Shown here: one piece after another, positions 1-8,318 of the stretch
How the letters are laid out: every line of letters begins with the position of its first letter
How positions within the stretch are numbered: position 1 is the first letter of the stretch
Source: an uncultured virus (IMG/VR IMGVR_UViG_3300021092_000032)
Taxonomy: Duplodnaviria; Heunggongvirae; Uroviricota; Caudoviricetes
Strand: one strand, 5' to 3'
Length of the DNA stretch: 64,000 bases
IMG/VR virus record: IMGVR_UViG_3300021092_000032
Position numbers and translations under genes: made by a program
The notes under the pieces: model-generated
Seen by the model: only the letters and a program-made list of their open reading frames with translations
Told to the model about the DNA's origin: nothing
Database searches by the model: none

Positions 1-92
1 GGGATCACTGGCACGCTGAAAAGGCTGAGCAGTTGCGGCAGTATGTGCGCGAACTAAAAACCTGGATACACCAGCAGGAAGGCCGCATTTAG
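1..92 (+). CDS. 3' end of small hypothetical protein (copy of 46633..46827)
   Basis: Encodes DHWHAEKAEQLRQYVRELKTWIHQQEGRI*, the same as the C-terminus of 46633..46827. Confidence 0.85.
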   Translation, partial: DHWHAEKAEQLRQYVRELKTWIHQQEGRI

Positions 93-108
93 CAACCCAC
101 CCCCACAT

Positions 109-148
109 GGAACCTCATGGAACCTCAAAGAACCTCATGGAACCTCAA
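109..148 (+). repeat. GGAACCTCAN decamer tandem array (4 units)
   Basis: Directly visible 10-bp period. Confidence 0.95.
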
Positions 149-157
149 TTTGTGCCG

Positions 158-208
158 CTAAGGCCCGGCAAACACGTCCGGACTACCCTGCGCCACGCTG
201 GTACAGCC
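158..208 (-). pseudogene. 3' fragment of the B-type PAAR gene (GCTSVAQGSPDVFAGP*)
   Basis: 51 nt identical to 46903-46953; truncated at 208. Confidence 0.9.
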
Positions 209-330
209 TGGGGGTTGTGGGCCAGCTGCTGGGGCACAGGAGCACGCAGACGACCGCCCGCTACGCGCACCTTGTGGATGAGGTAGCTCGCAGCGCCGTG
301 CGCCAGGTGGGGGCTGGGCTAAAGGTCTAG
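202..330 (+). pseudogene. C-terminal fragment of a tyrosine integrase
   Basis: Reads YSLGVVGQLLGHRSTQTTARYAHLVDEVARSAVRQVGAGLKV*, with the box II LGH...T.RYAH motif and catalytic Tyr. No start codon or N-terminal part. Confidence 0.85.
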
Positions 331-614
331 CCGGCAATTACGTCGTGGCTGCCGACAGCCACCGCCGTACAGGTTGCAATCTTGTCGCCGACCCGGCCAC
401 CGCCCTTGCCGTTTACGAACACCATCCGGCTGCCGATGGCGATGGGGGCCGCGTGCGTGGGGCACGGGGTGCCAGGCAATAGGTGGGGAGTATTTACGTC
501 GCCTTGCCGAGACCACGGACGCCCGTTCACAAACACGTCAAAGCTGCCTATAGCGCGAACCATCGGGGAGCAATGAGGAATGTCTGGATCACCTACACGT
601 GTTGCGGGTGGCAT
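327..614 (-). CDS. PAAR-repeat spike tip protein (module A)
   Basis: Three PAAR-like repeats (PATRVGD, VFVNGRPWSRQGD, VFVNGKGGGRVGD) with His/Cys metal ligands. Confidence 0.9.
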   Translation of the reverse strand: MPPATRVGDPDIPHCSPMVRAIGSFDVFVNGRPWSRQGDVNTPHLLPGTPCPTHAAPIAIGSRMVFVNGKGGGRVGDKIATCTAVAVGSHDVIAG

Positions 615-816
615 GGGTCCTCCTTAGCAGCTCAGTCAGTCTGTCCGACCAACGCTCGATCTCATCGTGCTGCTTGCGTGTATGGGGTGGTGGCGGAATT
701 ACGGGCTCAAAGCAGATCACCTCATCAATCTCCTGGGGTATGTCCTCCCAGCAATCAAAGCGCCAGCGTGCGCCGCTGATTAAAACCTCGAAGCGGTGCC
801 TCACGGCTTGGGCCAT
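589..816 (-). CDS. Hypothetical protein, PAAR-adjacent (PPPPHT..QH motif)
   Basis: Homolog at 47168..47395 in the same position; overlaps its neighbours. Confidence 0.75.
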   Translation of the reverse strand: MAQAVRHRFEVLISGARWRFDCWEDIPQEIDEVICFEPVIPPPPHTRKQHDEIERWSDRLTELLRRTHATRNTCR

Positions 817-1244
817 AGCTCACGCGGTGTCTTGCCGGTGGCCATCATCTGCGACAGGCGCTCGGCGCGTTGGCCCACCTGCGTGGCCCACTTACTGTCG
901 AGCATCATCGCTGCGGCCTTGGCGTACTCGCCGGCTTTGATCGTGGCGAGGGTGTTCTTGAACTGCAGCACTCCACCCAGCCCCATGTTGAACGTCATGT
1001 CGAGAAGCACCCGCTGGCGCACCTCGTCCAGCTGGCCAACCCACGGCAAAGCCCGGAGCAGCTCGCGCTCCTCCCGTGCGATGTCGTTGGCCAGCAGGTA
1101 GGCGGACTCCTCGGCGGTGATGCCTCGGTCATCCAGGTTGCGGCCCACCCCAATGGTTAGCTTGCCGGCGGTGCAGCGATAGGGCTTCAGGCGCTCGCCC
1201 TCGTGCAGGCGAAGCTGCCGCGTCATTGCAGCGCGGTCGATCAT
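801..1244 (-). CDS. Phage lysozyme (GH24 muramidase), endolysin
   Basis: HEGxRLKPYRCTAGKLTIGVG, DMTFNMG, MLDSKWATQVGQRA motifs. Confidence 0.92.
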   Translation of the reverse strand: MIDRAAMTRQLRLHEGERLKPYRCTAGKLTIGVGRNLDDRGITAEESAYLLANDIAREERELLRALPWVGQLDEVRQRVLLDMTFNMGLGGVLQFKNTLATIKAGEYAKAAAMMLDSKWATQVGQRAERLSQMMATGKTPRELWPKP

Positions 1245-1456
1245 TTGCGACGGTCCTTGGCCTTGACGCCGAGGATCAGGTCCAAAGGGCCGCCACCGCC
1301 CTTTTGTTTGGGGGAGTAAGGGAAGGCGCGCATCGCAGCGGTGAGTAGCAGCTGCAGCAGGCTGTTGGAACGCAGCTTGCTCATGCCGACAATCTCACTG
1401 GCCACGAACAGGGCCAGGCCGATGTATTCAAGATGGTGAACGTCCACGTCAAACAT
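1241..1456 (-). CDS. Small membrane protein, holin candidate
   Basis: Hydrophobic YIGLALFVASEIVGM segment directly upstream of the lysozyme; homolog at 47827..48015. Start chosen at MFDVDV. Confidence 0.55.
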   Translation of the reverse strand: MFDVDVHHLEYIGLALFVASEIVGMSKLRSNSLLQLLLTAAMRAFPYSPKQKGGGGPLDLILGVKAKDRRK

Positions 1457-1588
1457 GGCGGGGTCACTCCAGGTTAGATGTAGTGCAAGTAGGTGCCGAG
1501 AATGTATTTCGGCCCGGTGGTTGGTTTGCGTCCCGCGTGCAGCCAGGGCCACAGCGGCGGGAACATGAGCAGCAAACCGGCGGCCTTC

Positions 1589-2308
1589 TCAGGTCGTTGC
1601 CAGTATGGCCCAGCCGGAACCCGGCCCTTCAACCATCCAGCGTGGGCCGAAGTTCTTGTAGCTGTAACGCAGCTTCGCCCCCCAGTTGTTCACATAGGTG
1701 CCCGACACCAGATCGCATTCACCAAACGGGTCATGGACAACCAAACTCGTGTCGTCGTACCCAATGGCGCAGAGGTAGTGGCCTCCGCCTAAGGGCCTGT
1801 TGACCGGGCCTTTGTGAAGAAAGCCAAGCGGCACCGGGATTCCTTTGTCGATCTGCTTTTTCACCGTGTCGAAGTTGGCTTTCTGCGTGAACGCAGCCTG
1901 CACCCCATAGGTTGCCAGGGTCTTGATTTGTGCGCCGGCGTCCACCGTGTCTCCATGACGCAGCACGCGGCCAAGGTAGGCGTCGTCGCCGTTGGGGCCG
2001 TTCAAGGTGCCCGGCTTCATAGTTTCCAGCAACATGGCGCAGCTGCTGGAGAAGCACATCCGCAAGGCGTGCTGAGTAGCTGAGTCCCGCTGTGAGTAGT
2101 AATGCACGCTGAGCGGGTTTGTCTTGGGCGCTGGCTCAGGTTGCTTCCCGGCTGCTCGGTAAGTGTCTTTCCATTTAGCCGTTCGACTGTTCAGGCTTGC
2201 CGGCATCGCTTCATACAGTTCGCGGATGGCAGCGACCTGATGGGGCAAACCTTTGTAGTGCGTGAAGAACGGTAATAAATCTTCAATTTCGCTGCGTTTG
2301 TCAGTCAT
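1589..2308 (-). CDS. C39-like cysteine peptidase (putative second endolysin)
   Basis: YYSQRD...MCFSSSCAM (Cys), GGGHY (His), VHDPFG (Asp); N-terminal FF..YKGLPHQ domain. Confidence 0.8.
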   Translation of the reverse strand: MTDKRSEIEDLLPFFTHYKGLPHQVAAIRELYEAMPASLNSRTAKWKDTYRAAGKQPEPAPKTNPLSVHYYSQRDSATQHALRMCFSSSCAMLLETMKPGTLNGPNGDDAYLGRVLRHGDTVDAGAQIKTLATYGVQAAFTQKANFDTVKKQIDKGIPVPLGFLHKGPVNRPLGGGHYLCAIGYDDTSLVVHDPFGECDLVSGTYVNNWGAKLRYSYKNFGPRWMVEGPGSGWAILATT

Positions 2309-2568
2309 CGCATTTGAGCTGGAGGGTTGTGGTGCTCAAAAAGTAAACGCGGCGCAGCCATGGTCACAAGGATTGGCACTACCAAACTGAGCATGGCGGC
2401 TGCTCCTAGGACCCAAGCCAGCTTGCTTTCAAGATCGCGCATCCGGCTGAACAATCCGTCCAGCTCTGCTTTTCGCTCTGAGAGTGCCCCTATCAAAGCG
2501 TCAACCTTGCCTTCGAGCGCCCCAAGTTTGTGGTAGATGTCGGCGTGCGATACCTGCTCGTCGAGCAT
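2305..2568 (-). CDS. Coiled-coil protein with C-terminal TM helix (holin/antiholin-like)
   Basis: Heptad-like N-terminus plus WVLGAAAMLSLVVPILV; located in the lysis cluster; homolog at 48728..48988. Confidence 0.55.
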   Translation of the reverse strand: MLDEQVSHADIYHKLGALEGKVDALIGALSERKAELDGLFSRMRDLESKLAWVLGAAAMLSLVVPILVTMAAPRLLFEHHNPPAQMR

Positions 2569-2607
2569 GGCCTCATGTCTCTCAGGCTTAAGTCTAGAGG
2601 GCATTGT

Positions 2608-3705
2608 TCAACTGGTAGAGCCTGTGCTTTCGCCACTCTTGCCGCTGGTGCCGCAAGTGATTTTTGTTTGATAGCCCCGACTTGAGTATTCGTGCGTCAC
2701 GCTCTGGATTATCCACGTCGAGTTCAGTGGATCGCGGAAGCCGGTGAGCTTGATAGGGCGTTCGGCAAAAATGTCAGGTCGGCCCGCGCAGGTCAAGTCG
2801 ATTGTGACCGTACCGCTGGCCAAACTTTTGCCCCGAGCCTTGGCTGCCTCCATTGCCTCCTCGCGTGATGCGTGCAGCCTGCGGTCCTGGTAGCTAGGGC
2901 CAGAGCTAGTGCTGCCGCCACCGCCAATCAGACCGCCGCTAATGATCCCGAACAGCGAGTCCAGAAAGCCGATGCCCCCGCCCGCCGTGCTGTTGGGCAC
3001 CGGCACCTCAAGGGACTTCTCCGTGCCGGTCTCCTTGTCGTGGTACTTCGCCACGACCTTGCTGTAAGCGCCCCGGTCCTTAATAGTGGCTCGGTAGTCC
3101 TGCACCTGGGCCCGGTCAAGTGTCGCGGCAGTCAGCTGCTGGCCTGATGCCCCTACTCCTTCGCCAGCCGGGTTAAAGATCAGCTGACTTTCGGCTGGCT
3201 TGGATGTGGCTCCGTGCAGCCCAGCAAGGCGGGTTAAAAAGTGCGCGTCGCTTTCAGCGGTCTGATCAATGTGATCAATCTTGCGGTTGACGTAGCGCGA
3301 ATGCACACGCGGGGTCAAGCCATGCTCGCGAGCGATCTGGGTCACGATCTGGCCGATTGTCTTCTCGTGCCAACTGCGGGTTTTTTGCTGTTTAAGTTTT
3401 CCGCTAATCTCCATCGCTTTGGCCCTGATCTTGACCGTAGCTGGGGGGTGGCTTAGCTCCACCTCATCAATTACGTAGGTCCCCATGTCCTGCAGACTTT
3501 GCCCGTTGTGGGTGTAGCCCAGCGCCACGGTCAGCTCGACCTTGGCCTCAGGCAGCGGCAGGTTCTGGCCCCGGTCATCCAGGCTGATCTCAAGAGTGTC
3601 AGATTTCTGCCCAGCCTCGTCCTGCACCCTGATCGAAAGCAAACGATCAGCGATTTGCTTTGTGATGTCGTTGCCGCTGCTGGTGACGCGGAACCCAGGT
3701 TTCAT
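2608..3705 (-). CDS. Baseplate hub, P2 gpD-like
   Basis: DEAGQKSDTLEISLDD, DQTAESDAHFLTRLA; U-X-D synteny. Confidence 0.88.
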   Translation of the reverse strand: MKPGFRVTSSGNDITKQIADRLLSIRVQDEAGQKSDTLEISLDDRGQNLPLPEAKVELTVALGYTHNGQSLQDMGTYVIDEVELSHPPATVKIRAKAMEISGKLKQQKTRSWHEKTIGQIVTQIAREHGLTPRVHSRYVNRKIDHIDQTAESDAHFLTRLAGLHGATSKPAESQLIFNPAGEGVGASGQQLTAATLDRAQVQDYRATIKDRGAYSKVVAKYHDKETGTEKSLEVPVPNSTAGGGIGFLDSLFGIISGGLIGGGGSTSSGPSYQDRRLHASREEAMEAAKARGKSLASGTVTIDLTCAGRPDIFAERPIKLTGFRDPLNSTWIIQSVTHEYSSRGYQTKITCGTSGKSGESTGSTS

Positions 3706-3706
3706 G

Positions 3707-3931
3707 TCAGCTCCAGAGCTTTAATCGTGGCTCAGGTGGTAACGGGGCCAGTGCCGGCAGGGTGATCTTGATGCCCTCAGGCAGGATCGGCAGCAGAAGG
3801 GCCAGCTCGCGGTTTGCCTCTAGGGCAAGCACCGCCTCGGTTGAGCCGCGACTGTAGCCATAAAACCGGAAGCAGATTTCGTCTAGCTCGTCGCCTTGCT
3901 GGGTCAGGTAAATCTGGGAAAGGCTGCTCAT
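3707..3931 (-). CDS. Tail protein X-like (P2 gpX)
   Basis: TQQGDELDEICFRFYG...LPEGIKITLP...LW. Confidence 0.88.
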   Translation of the reverse strand: MSSLSQIYLTQQGDELDEICFRFYGYSRGSTEAVLALEANRELALLLPILPEGIKITLPALAPLPPEPRLKLWS

Positions 3932-4407
3932 GCGATCACCCCAAACAGGTCGCCGAACCAGCCGCCCCAGCCACCGCCACCATTGCCACCGCCACCACTG
4001 CTACCGCCACCAAATTGGTCCTCACCGTAGCGGGCTAACTCCATTGAGAAATCCACGTGCCGGGGGATGCCTGGGCCCACATAGACGGTCTGGGTCTCCT
4101 GCACCTGGGTGATGCAGTATTGCCCCAGCACGTTGCCTAGGCCGTCGATCAGCTGCAGCGGCTCGCCGCCCTCGGCCATCGTCCGCATGGTGTTGAGCTG
4201 GCCCAGACCGCCCCTGAAGTGGGGGTAGATCACCCCGTTTAGGTTGATCTTTTCTTCGCCCTTGCCGATGAACTGCATCGCCGGCTCGCGCCCCAGACGG
4301 TCCTGCTTCTCCCAGCGGTAGGCGCTCTGCCGTTGCAGCTGGTCGTGGGCTGCGGTGTTGATCTCGAATTGGAACCCGCCAAGGGTCATCAGGATCTGGG
4401 CTGCCAT
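3928..4407 (-). CDS. Tail tube initiator, P2 gpU-like
   Basis: LMTLGGFQF...YRW...PAMQFIGKGEEKINLNGVIYP. Confidence 0.88.
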   Translation of the reverse strand: MAAQILMTLGGFQFEINTAAHDQLQRQSAYRWEKQDRLGREPAMQFIGKGEEKINLNGVIYPHFRGGLGQLNTMRTMAEGGEPLQLIDGLGNVLGQYCITQVQETQTVYVGPGIPRHVDFSMELARYGEDQFGGGSSGGGGNGGGGWGGWFGDLFGVIA

Positions 4408-4409
4408 GG

Positions 4410-7382
4410 TCAGTCGTTTAGGAAGGCGCGGACGCCCGACTCCGCATCAGACAGGAACCCGCTCAGGGCCATAGTGACCTGCTGGGCAATCTCGTCTGCG
4501 CTGGCGTTGGTGCCGGCCACGTTGATATTGACGGTGGGGTTCATGTTCATCCCCATGGTGCCGCCCCCGGCCATTGCCATCGCGGGCGCTGGCGTGGGCA
4601 CCTGTGGGGAGTTGAGCTGCTGGAGCATCCCCATGGCCCCTGACAAAAGGCCGCTGTATTGAGGGGCAAACTTTTTGACCGCACCTTGCAACAGCTGGCC
4701 CAGGCCGCCAAGCATCCCACCGCCCTGGGCAGCCGGTGCCGTGGGCCTGGCGGGGTACTGTGGGATGAATGGCTGGCTGAGCATTGGCACGCCAGCTGCG
4801 GTTAGCTGCGGCTGCGCCTGGGGCTGCTGACCCTGTTGCGGGTTGTAGTTCTGCTGGGCTTTGGCCACTCCGCGCATCCCATGTGCGGCGGAGGCGTGGA
4901 TCGCATTATGCAGGACGGGTGATGCCTCGTTAACTCCGTCCGCCAGAGTGCTGATGATCGACTTGCCGCTAGCGGTTAGGTACTTGAAAGGGCCCTCCTT
5001 GGCGTCAGAGAAGGGCATCATCTTGCGCACATTGGCGAACACGCCTTTTACGGCGGCGTAAAGCGCCTGGGCCCGAGACACCACGCCCTGAATGATCGTG
5101 TCAATGATCGCCTCGCCGACGCCGACCACCATGCCGGGCACCGATTTGATGAACGCCACGATGCCCTGGAATGCCGTCACCGCCGCTGCCTTGGCTGCAG
5201 CGAACGCGGCGCCCACCTTGCTGGGGATCTGCATGAGCGCCCCCATGATCTGCTGGGCCAGCGAAATCGCGGCGCTGACGATCCCGCTGAAGGCCGTCTG
5301 AGCCATCGTCAGCAGGGTCCGCAGGCCGTTGAACGCCATTGCTGCGGCCGTGCCCATGGATTGGAACGCACCGGATAACATCGCCCTCAAGCCGCCCACG
5401 ATGTTGCGCAGGCCGGCGAAGGCTTGGTTTATGCCAGCCACCGCTCTTGTGGCGTCACCAGTAAAGATGCCGACGATCGTGTTCCAGATGCCTTTGATTA
5501 CGCCGACTACGCCGCGCAAGGCCTGGCCGATCCCGCTTAACATCTGACTGAGGCCGCCGCTCCACAGCGCCTGACCGATCGACATGAGTGCGCTTTTGAT
5601 CCGCCCGATCGCACCGGTCACCACGGCAAGCCCCTGATCGAACGCGCCCCGCAGACCGCTGGGGATCATCGCTCGCACCCAGCCCAGCCATGCCGACACC
5701 ATGGTGCGCACGCCGCCCAGCGCCTGATTAAACCCGGCGGCGATCAGCCCAGGGTTGAAGGTGAAAGCCCCGGCGACCATTTTGCCTAGGCCCCCGAGAA
5801 AGTTTAGGAACCCGCTGAGGGCTGTCTTGATCGCACCGAACGTGGCTTGGAACCTGGCGGCGATGCGCTGAAAGGCGCTTGTCACCGCTTTCCGAAACGC
5901 CGGCACCTTGTCCCATAGAGCCTTGAACGCCAGGCCCAAGCCCACGATGGCCAGCACTGCGATGCCGATGGGCCCGGTAATTGCCGCACCGATCGCAGCC
6001 ATGGCAGGGCCGATCGCGCCAGCCCATCCGGCGATGGTGGCCCCCAGGCTCATCGCCTTGATCGCAGCTCCCAGCGACGAGATCACGCTGATGAAGCTGG
6101 CGACAAACGGTGCAACCGCCACCAGCCCGACGAACGCAGCGCCCACGCCCACGATGGTGCTCGTCAGCCCAGGTGCTTTCTCCGCCAGCGCAGCAAAGCC
6201 CTCCACCAGGGGGGTGATCGTTTTGGCGGCAACCGCCAGCGCCGGCAGCAGAGCATTGCCCAGGGCGATGCCCAACCGCTCGGTGGTGGCCTTAAAGGTG
6301 TTGAGGTTGCCGTTCAAGGTGTTGATCGACTTCAGGTAGTCCTGCTCGACCGTGCCAGCTGCGGCATCACCGCCCGCGTCAGCCTTGAGCTTCTCGTACT
6401 CCTTGCGGTACTTCATCAGCGACATGAGGCCGAGTTTGGCCTCCTTGTCCCCGAAGATCTGAGAGAGCTTGAAGACATCACCACCGGTGACACGCTGCAG
6501 CTCGTCGAGCGCAGCCTCCATCGGGTTGACGCCTTTCTTCTTGGCGTTGGCGAGCACCTGTTCGATGTTGACGCCGAACTTTTTGAACCGTTTGACCGCA
6601 TCAGGCGCGGTCATTTTGAGCATGGCGTCGGTCATCCGGGTCGCCGCCTGCCCTGCGTCCGGCGCGTCCTTGCGCACCATCTGCATCATGGCCGCCAGGC
6701 TCACCGCGCCACTCTTGCCGGTGATGCCAAGGGTCCCAGCTGCCGCAGCAATGGTCGGCATGAACTGGGCCATATCCTTAAGCTCAAACGCGCCAGCCTT
6801 GCCTGCAAAAGCGAGCGCATCAAACGTGGACTTCAGCTCAGTCGGTTTGATCTTGAGGGCGTTTTGAAGTTGAAAGCCGGTCTTCGTAACGTCGGTCAGC
6901 TCCGAGCCGGTTGCGGTCGCAACCTTGCCCAGCGCCTCCATCGAAGCGACAGCATCCTTAAGGTCCAAGCCCTGGGCCACCAGGTCCTGGACGCCCTGCG
7001 CCAGCACCGTGGGTGCCAGGTTGGTCGTGTTGCGGGCTGACAGCGCCGACAGCTGTGCGCCCAGCGCCTTTAGCTCCGACTGACTGGATCCGCTGATCTT
7101 GCCGATCTCGGTAAGCGAGTCCTCAAACTTCGCAGCGGTCCGCACCGACTGGCCAAGGGCTAAGCCGATCGACGCCGCGCCAGCTGCCGCCACCTGGAAC
7201 GTATCGCTCCGCAGCATCCCCTTGAAGCCCTTGGCTCCAGCGGTTGCCGCGTCGTTAAACGTGCGGGTGACGTTGCGAGAGAAGCTGGAGACCTGGGTCT
7301 GTGCCGCCCGGAGCGAGCCCGCTAGCGACGCCGCTAGCTTGCCTCCAATCTCAACGGTGATCCGGCTAGTTGCCCCGGCCAT
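4410..7382 (-). CDS. Tape measure protein A (990 aa)
   Basis: Long Ala/Gly-rich helical protein with hydrophobic segments, between the chaperone and gpU. Confidence 0.92.
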   Translation of the reverse strand: MAGATSRITVEIGGKLAASLAGSLRAAQTQVSSFSRNVTRTFNDAATAGAKGFKGMLRSDTFQVAAAGAASIGLALGQSVRTAAKFEDSLTEIGKISGSSQSELKALGAQLSALSARNTTNLAPTVLAQGVQDLVAQGLDLKDAVASMEALGKVATATGSELTDVTKTGFQLQNALKIKPTELKSTFDALAFAGKAGAFELKDMAQFMPTIAAAAGTLGITGKSGAVSLAAMMQMVRKDAPDAGQAATRMTDAMLKMTAPDAVKRFKKFGVNIEQVLANAKKKGVNPMEAALDELQRVTGGDVFKLSQIFGDKEAKLGLMSLMKYRKEYEKLKADAGGDAAAGTVEQDYLKSINTLNGNLNTFKATTERLGIALGNALLPALAVAAKTITPLVEGFAALAEKAPGLTSTIVGVGAAFVGLVAVAPFVASFISVISSLGAAIKAMSLGATIAGWAGAIGPAMAAIGAAITGPIGIAVLAIVGLGLAFKALWDKVPAFRKAVTSAFQRIAARFQATFGAIKTALSGFLNFLGGLGKMVAGAFTFNPGLIAAGFNQALGGVRTMVSAWLGWVRAMIPSGLRGAFDQGLAVVTGAIGRIKSALMSIGQALWSGGLSQMLSGIGQALRGVVGVIKGIWNTIVGIFTGDATRAVAGINQAFAGLRNIVGGLRAMLSGAFQSMGTAAAMAFNGLRTLLTMAQTAFSGIVSAAISLAQQIMGALMQIPSKVGAAFAAAKAAAVTAFQGIVAFIKSVPGMVVGVGEAIIDTIIQGVVSRAQALYAAVKGVFANVRKMMPFSDAKEGPFKYLTASGKSIISTLADGVNEASPVLHNAIHASAAHGMRGVAKAQQNYNPQQGQQPQAQPQLTAAGVPMLSQPFIPQYPARPTAPAAQGGGMLGGLGQLLQGAVKKFAPQYSGLLSGAMGMLQQLNSPQVPTPAPAMAMAGGGTMGMNMNPTVNINVAGTNASADEIAQQVTMALSGFLSDAESGVRAFLND

Positions 7383-7385
7383 TGC

Positions 7386-7559
7386 TTACCTCCGTTTGGT
7401 CTTGGCCGCGATCTCCTTTTCGACTTCAGCGGCTGCTTTGTGCCATGCAAGCAGATCTTCCTGCGTCAGGCTAAGCAGATCTCCCAGGCCCCAGCCGGTG
7501 AGCTTGGCGACAATCACGCAGATACGTCTCAGCTCTCGTCCTGGGGCCCAGTGAAACCC
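7386..7559 (-). CDS. -1 frameshift extension of tail assembly chaperone (E+E' type)
   Basis: Slippery G GGT TTC at 7559-7553; the -1 frame reads ...KLTGWGLGDLLSL..DLLAW and ends just before the TMP. Confidence 0.8.
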   Translation of the reverse strand, partial: GFHWAPGRELRRICVIVAKLTGWGLGDLLSLTQEDLLAWHKAAAEVEKEIAAKTKRR

Positions 7560-7798
7560 GCCATAACGTTGGCGAGCTTTTGGAAATCCACAATGTCCAG
7601 CTGCTGGATGCTGGCAGGGGGCACGTCGCACAAGGCGGCCATCATGTTGACGGTCTTCTTGGCTTCAGTGCCCTTGCCTTCTTCGAAGGCCAGCTGATCA
7701 GCCACGGTGGGCCGGCGCATGGCCAGGGTTGAAACCTGAACCCCGTCAACCTCGACGGGGTAGTCCAGATCAATCGGTGTGGTGGGCCGGGTTTTCAT
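7529..7798 (-). CDS. Tail assembly chaperone (P2 gpE/Mu gp41-like)
   Basis: LDYPVEVDG...LAMRRPTVAD...LD..DF motif; lies between tube and TMP. Confidence 0.88.
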   Translation of the reverse strand: MKTRPTTPIDLDYPVEVDGVQVSTLAMRRPTVADQLAFEEGKGTEAKKTVNMMAALCDVPPASIQQLDIVDFQKLANVMAGFTGPQDES

Positions 7799-7803
7799 CT
7801 AGA

Positions 7804-8310
7804 TCAGATGCCGATTGCGGTGCGGATGCTTTCGAGCTGATCGGTGCCGTTAATGATCCGGGTCATGTTTTCCACGTCGATCTCATGCACCACAGACCCA
7901 CCAATGGTGAGCTTGTAGTAGCGGAGACCCATGACAAACGTGGCCTCGGTAATTTCACCAGCAACCATGGAACCGGGGTCGTGCTCCTTGATGTGGCCCG
8001 TGACGTTGTAGACGATCGAGGTCGCAGTCTCGCCGTTCGCCATTAGTGCGCCACGGATGGTGCATTGCACAGCGTTCTGATTGACCAGACCAAAGAGCTT
8101 CAGCACTTCGGGGTCATACTCGGCCAGGGTGAACTCAAACTCGATCGCCTCCATGCCCATGTCAATTTGAGCAGGCAGATCCATGCCGCCACCCCGATAC
8201 TCCTCGGTCTGCACCGAGAGGGTCGGAGGGGTCAGCTCAGTAACGCGCCCGGCGTAGCCGCGCCCGTCCACATAAAGACTGAAATTGCGAAGGGTCTTAG
8301 GTAATGACAT
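7804..8310 (-). CDS. Major tail tube protein (P2 FII-like)
   Basis: LPKTLRNFSLYVDG...EEYRGGGMD...IDMGME...EID..NM.RIING.D. Confidence 0.93.
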   Translation of the reverse strand: MSLPKTLRNFSLYVDGRGYAGRVTELTPPTLSVQTEEYRGGGMDLPAQIDMGMEAIEFEFTLAEYDPEVLKLFGLVNQNAVQCTIRGALMANGETATSIVYNVTGHIKEHDPGSMVAGEITEATFVMGLRYYKLTIGGSVVHEIDVENMTRIINGTDQLESIRTAIGI

Positions 8311-8318
8311 GACGGACC

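Larger units (their letters stand above)
1..208 (+). repeat. Imperfect direct repeat of 46736-46953
   Basis: 1-108 matches 46736-46843. Then 4 vs 5 decamer units, two substitutions (TTTGTG vs TTAGCG), and identity up to ...GGTACAGCC. Confidence 0.97.

Noticed and set aside
1..208. Simple circular-assembly overlap (terminal redundancy)
   Set aside because: The copies differ (4 vs 5 units, substitutions) and are followed by different late modules. A chimera of two phages is still possible.
327..614. Type VI secretion system or stand-alone tailocin
   Set aside because: PAAR, sheath and tube of module A lie with portal, capsid and terminase; no Tss membrane complex or ClpV. The status of module B depends on sequence beyond the window.
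801..1244. Lysozymes inactive because Cys replaces the catalytic Asp (E-x8-C-x5-T)
   Set aside because: Cys at this position is a known functional GH24 variant, and it is conserved in both copies.
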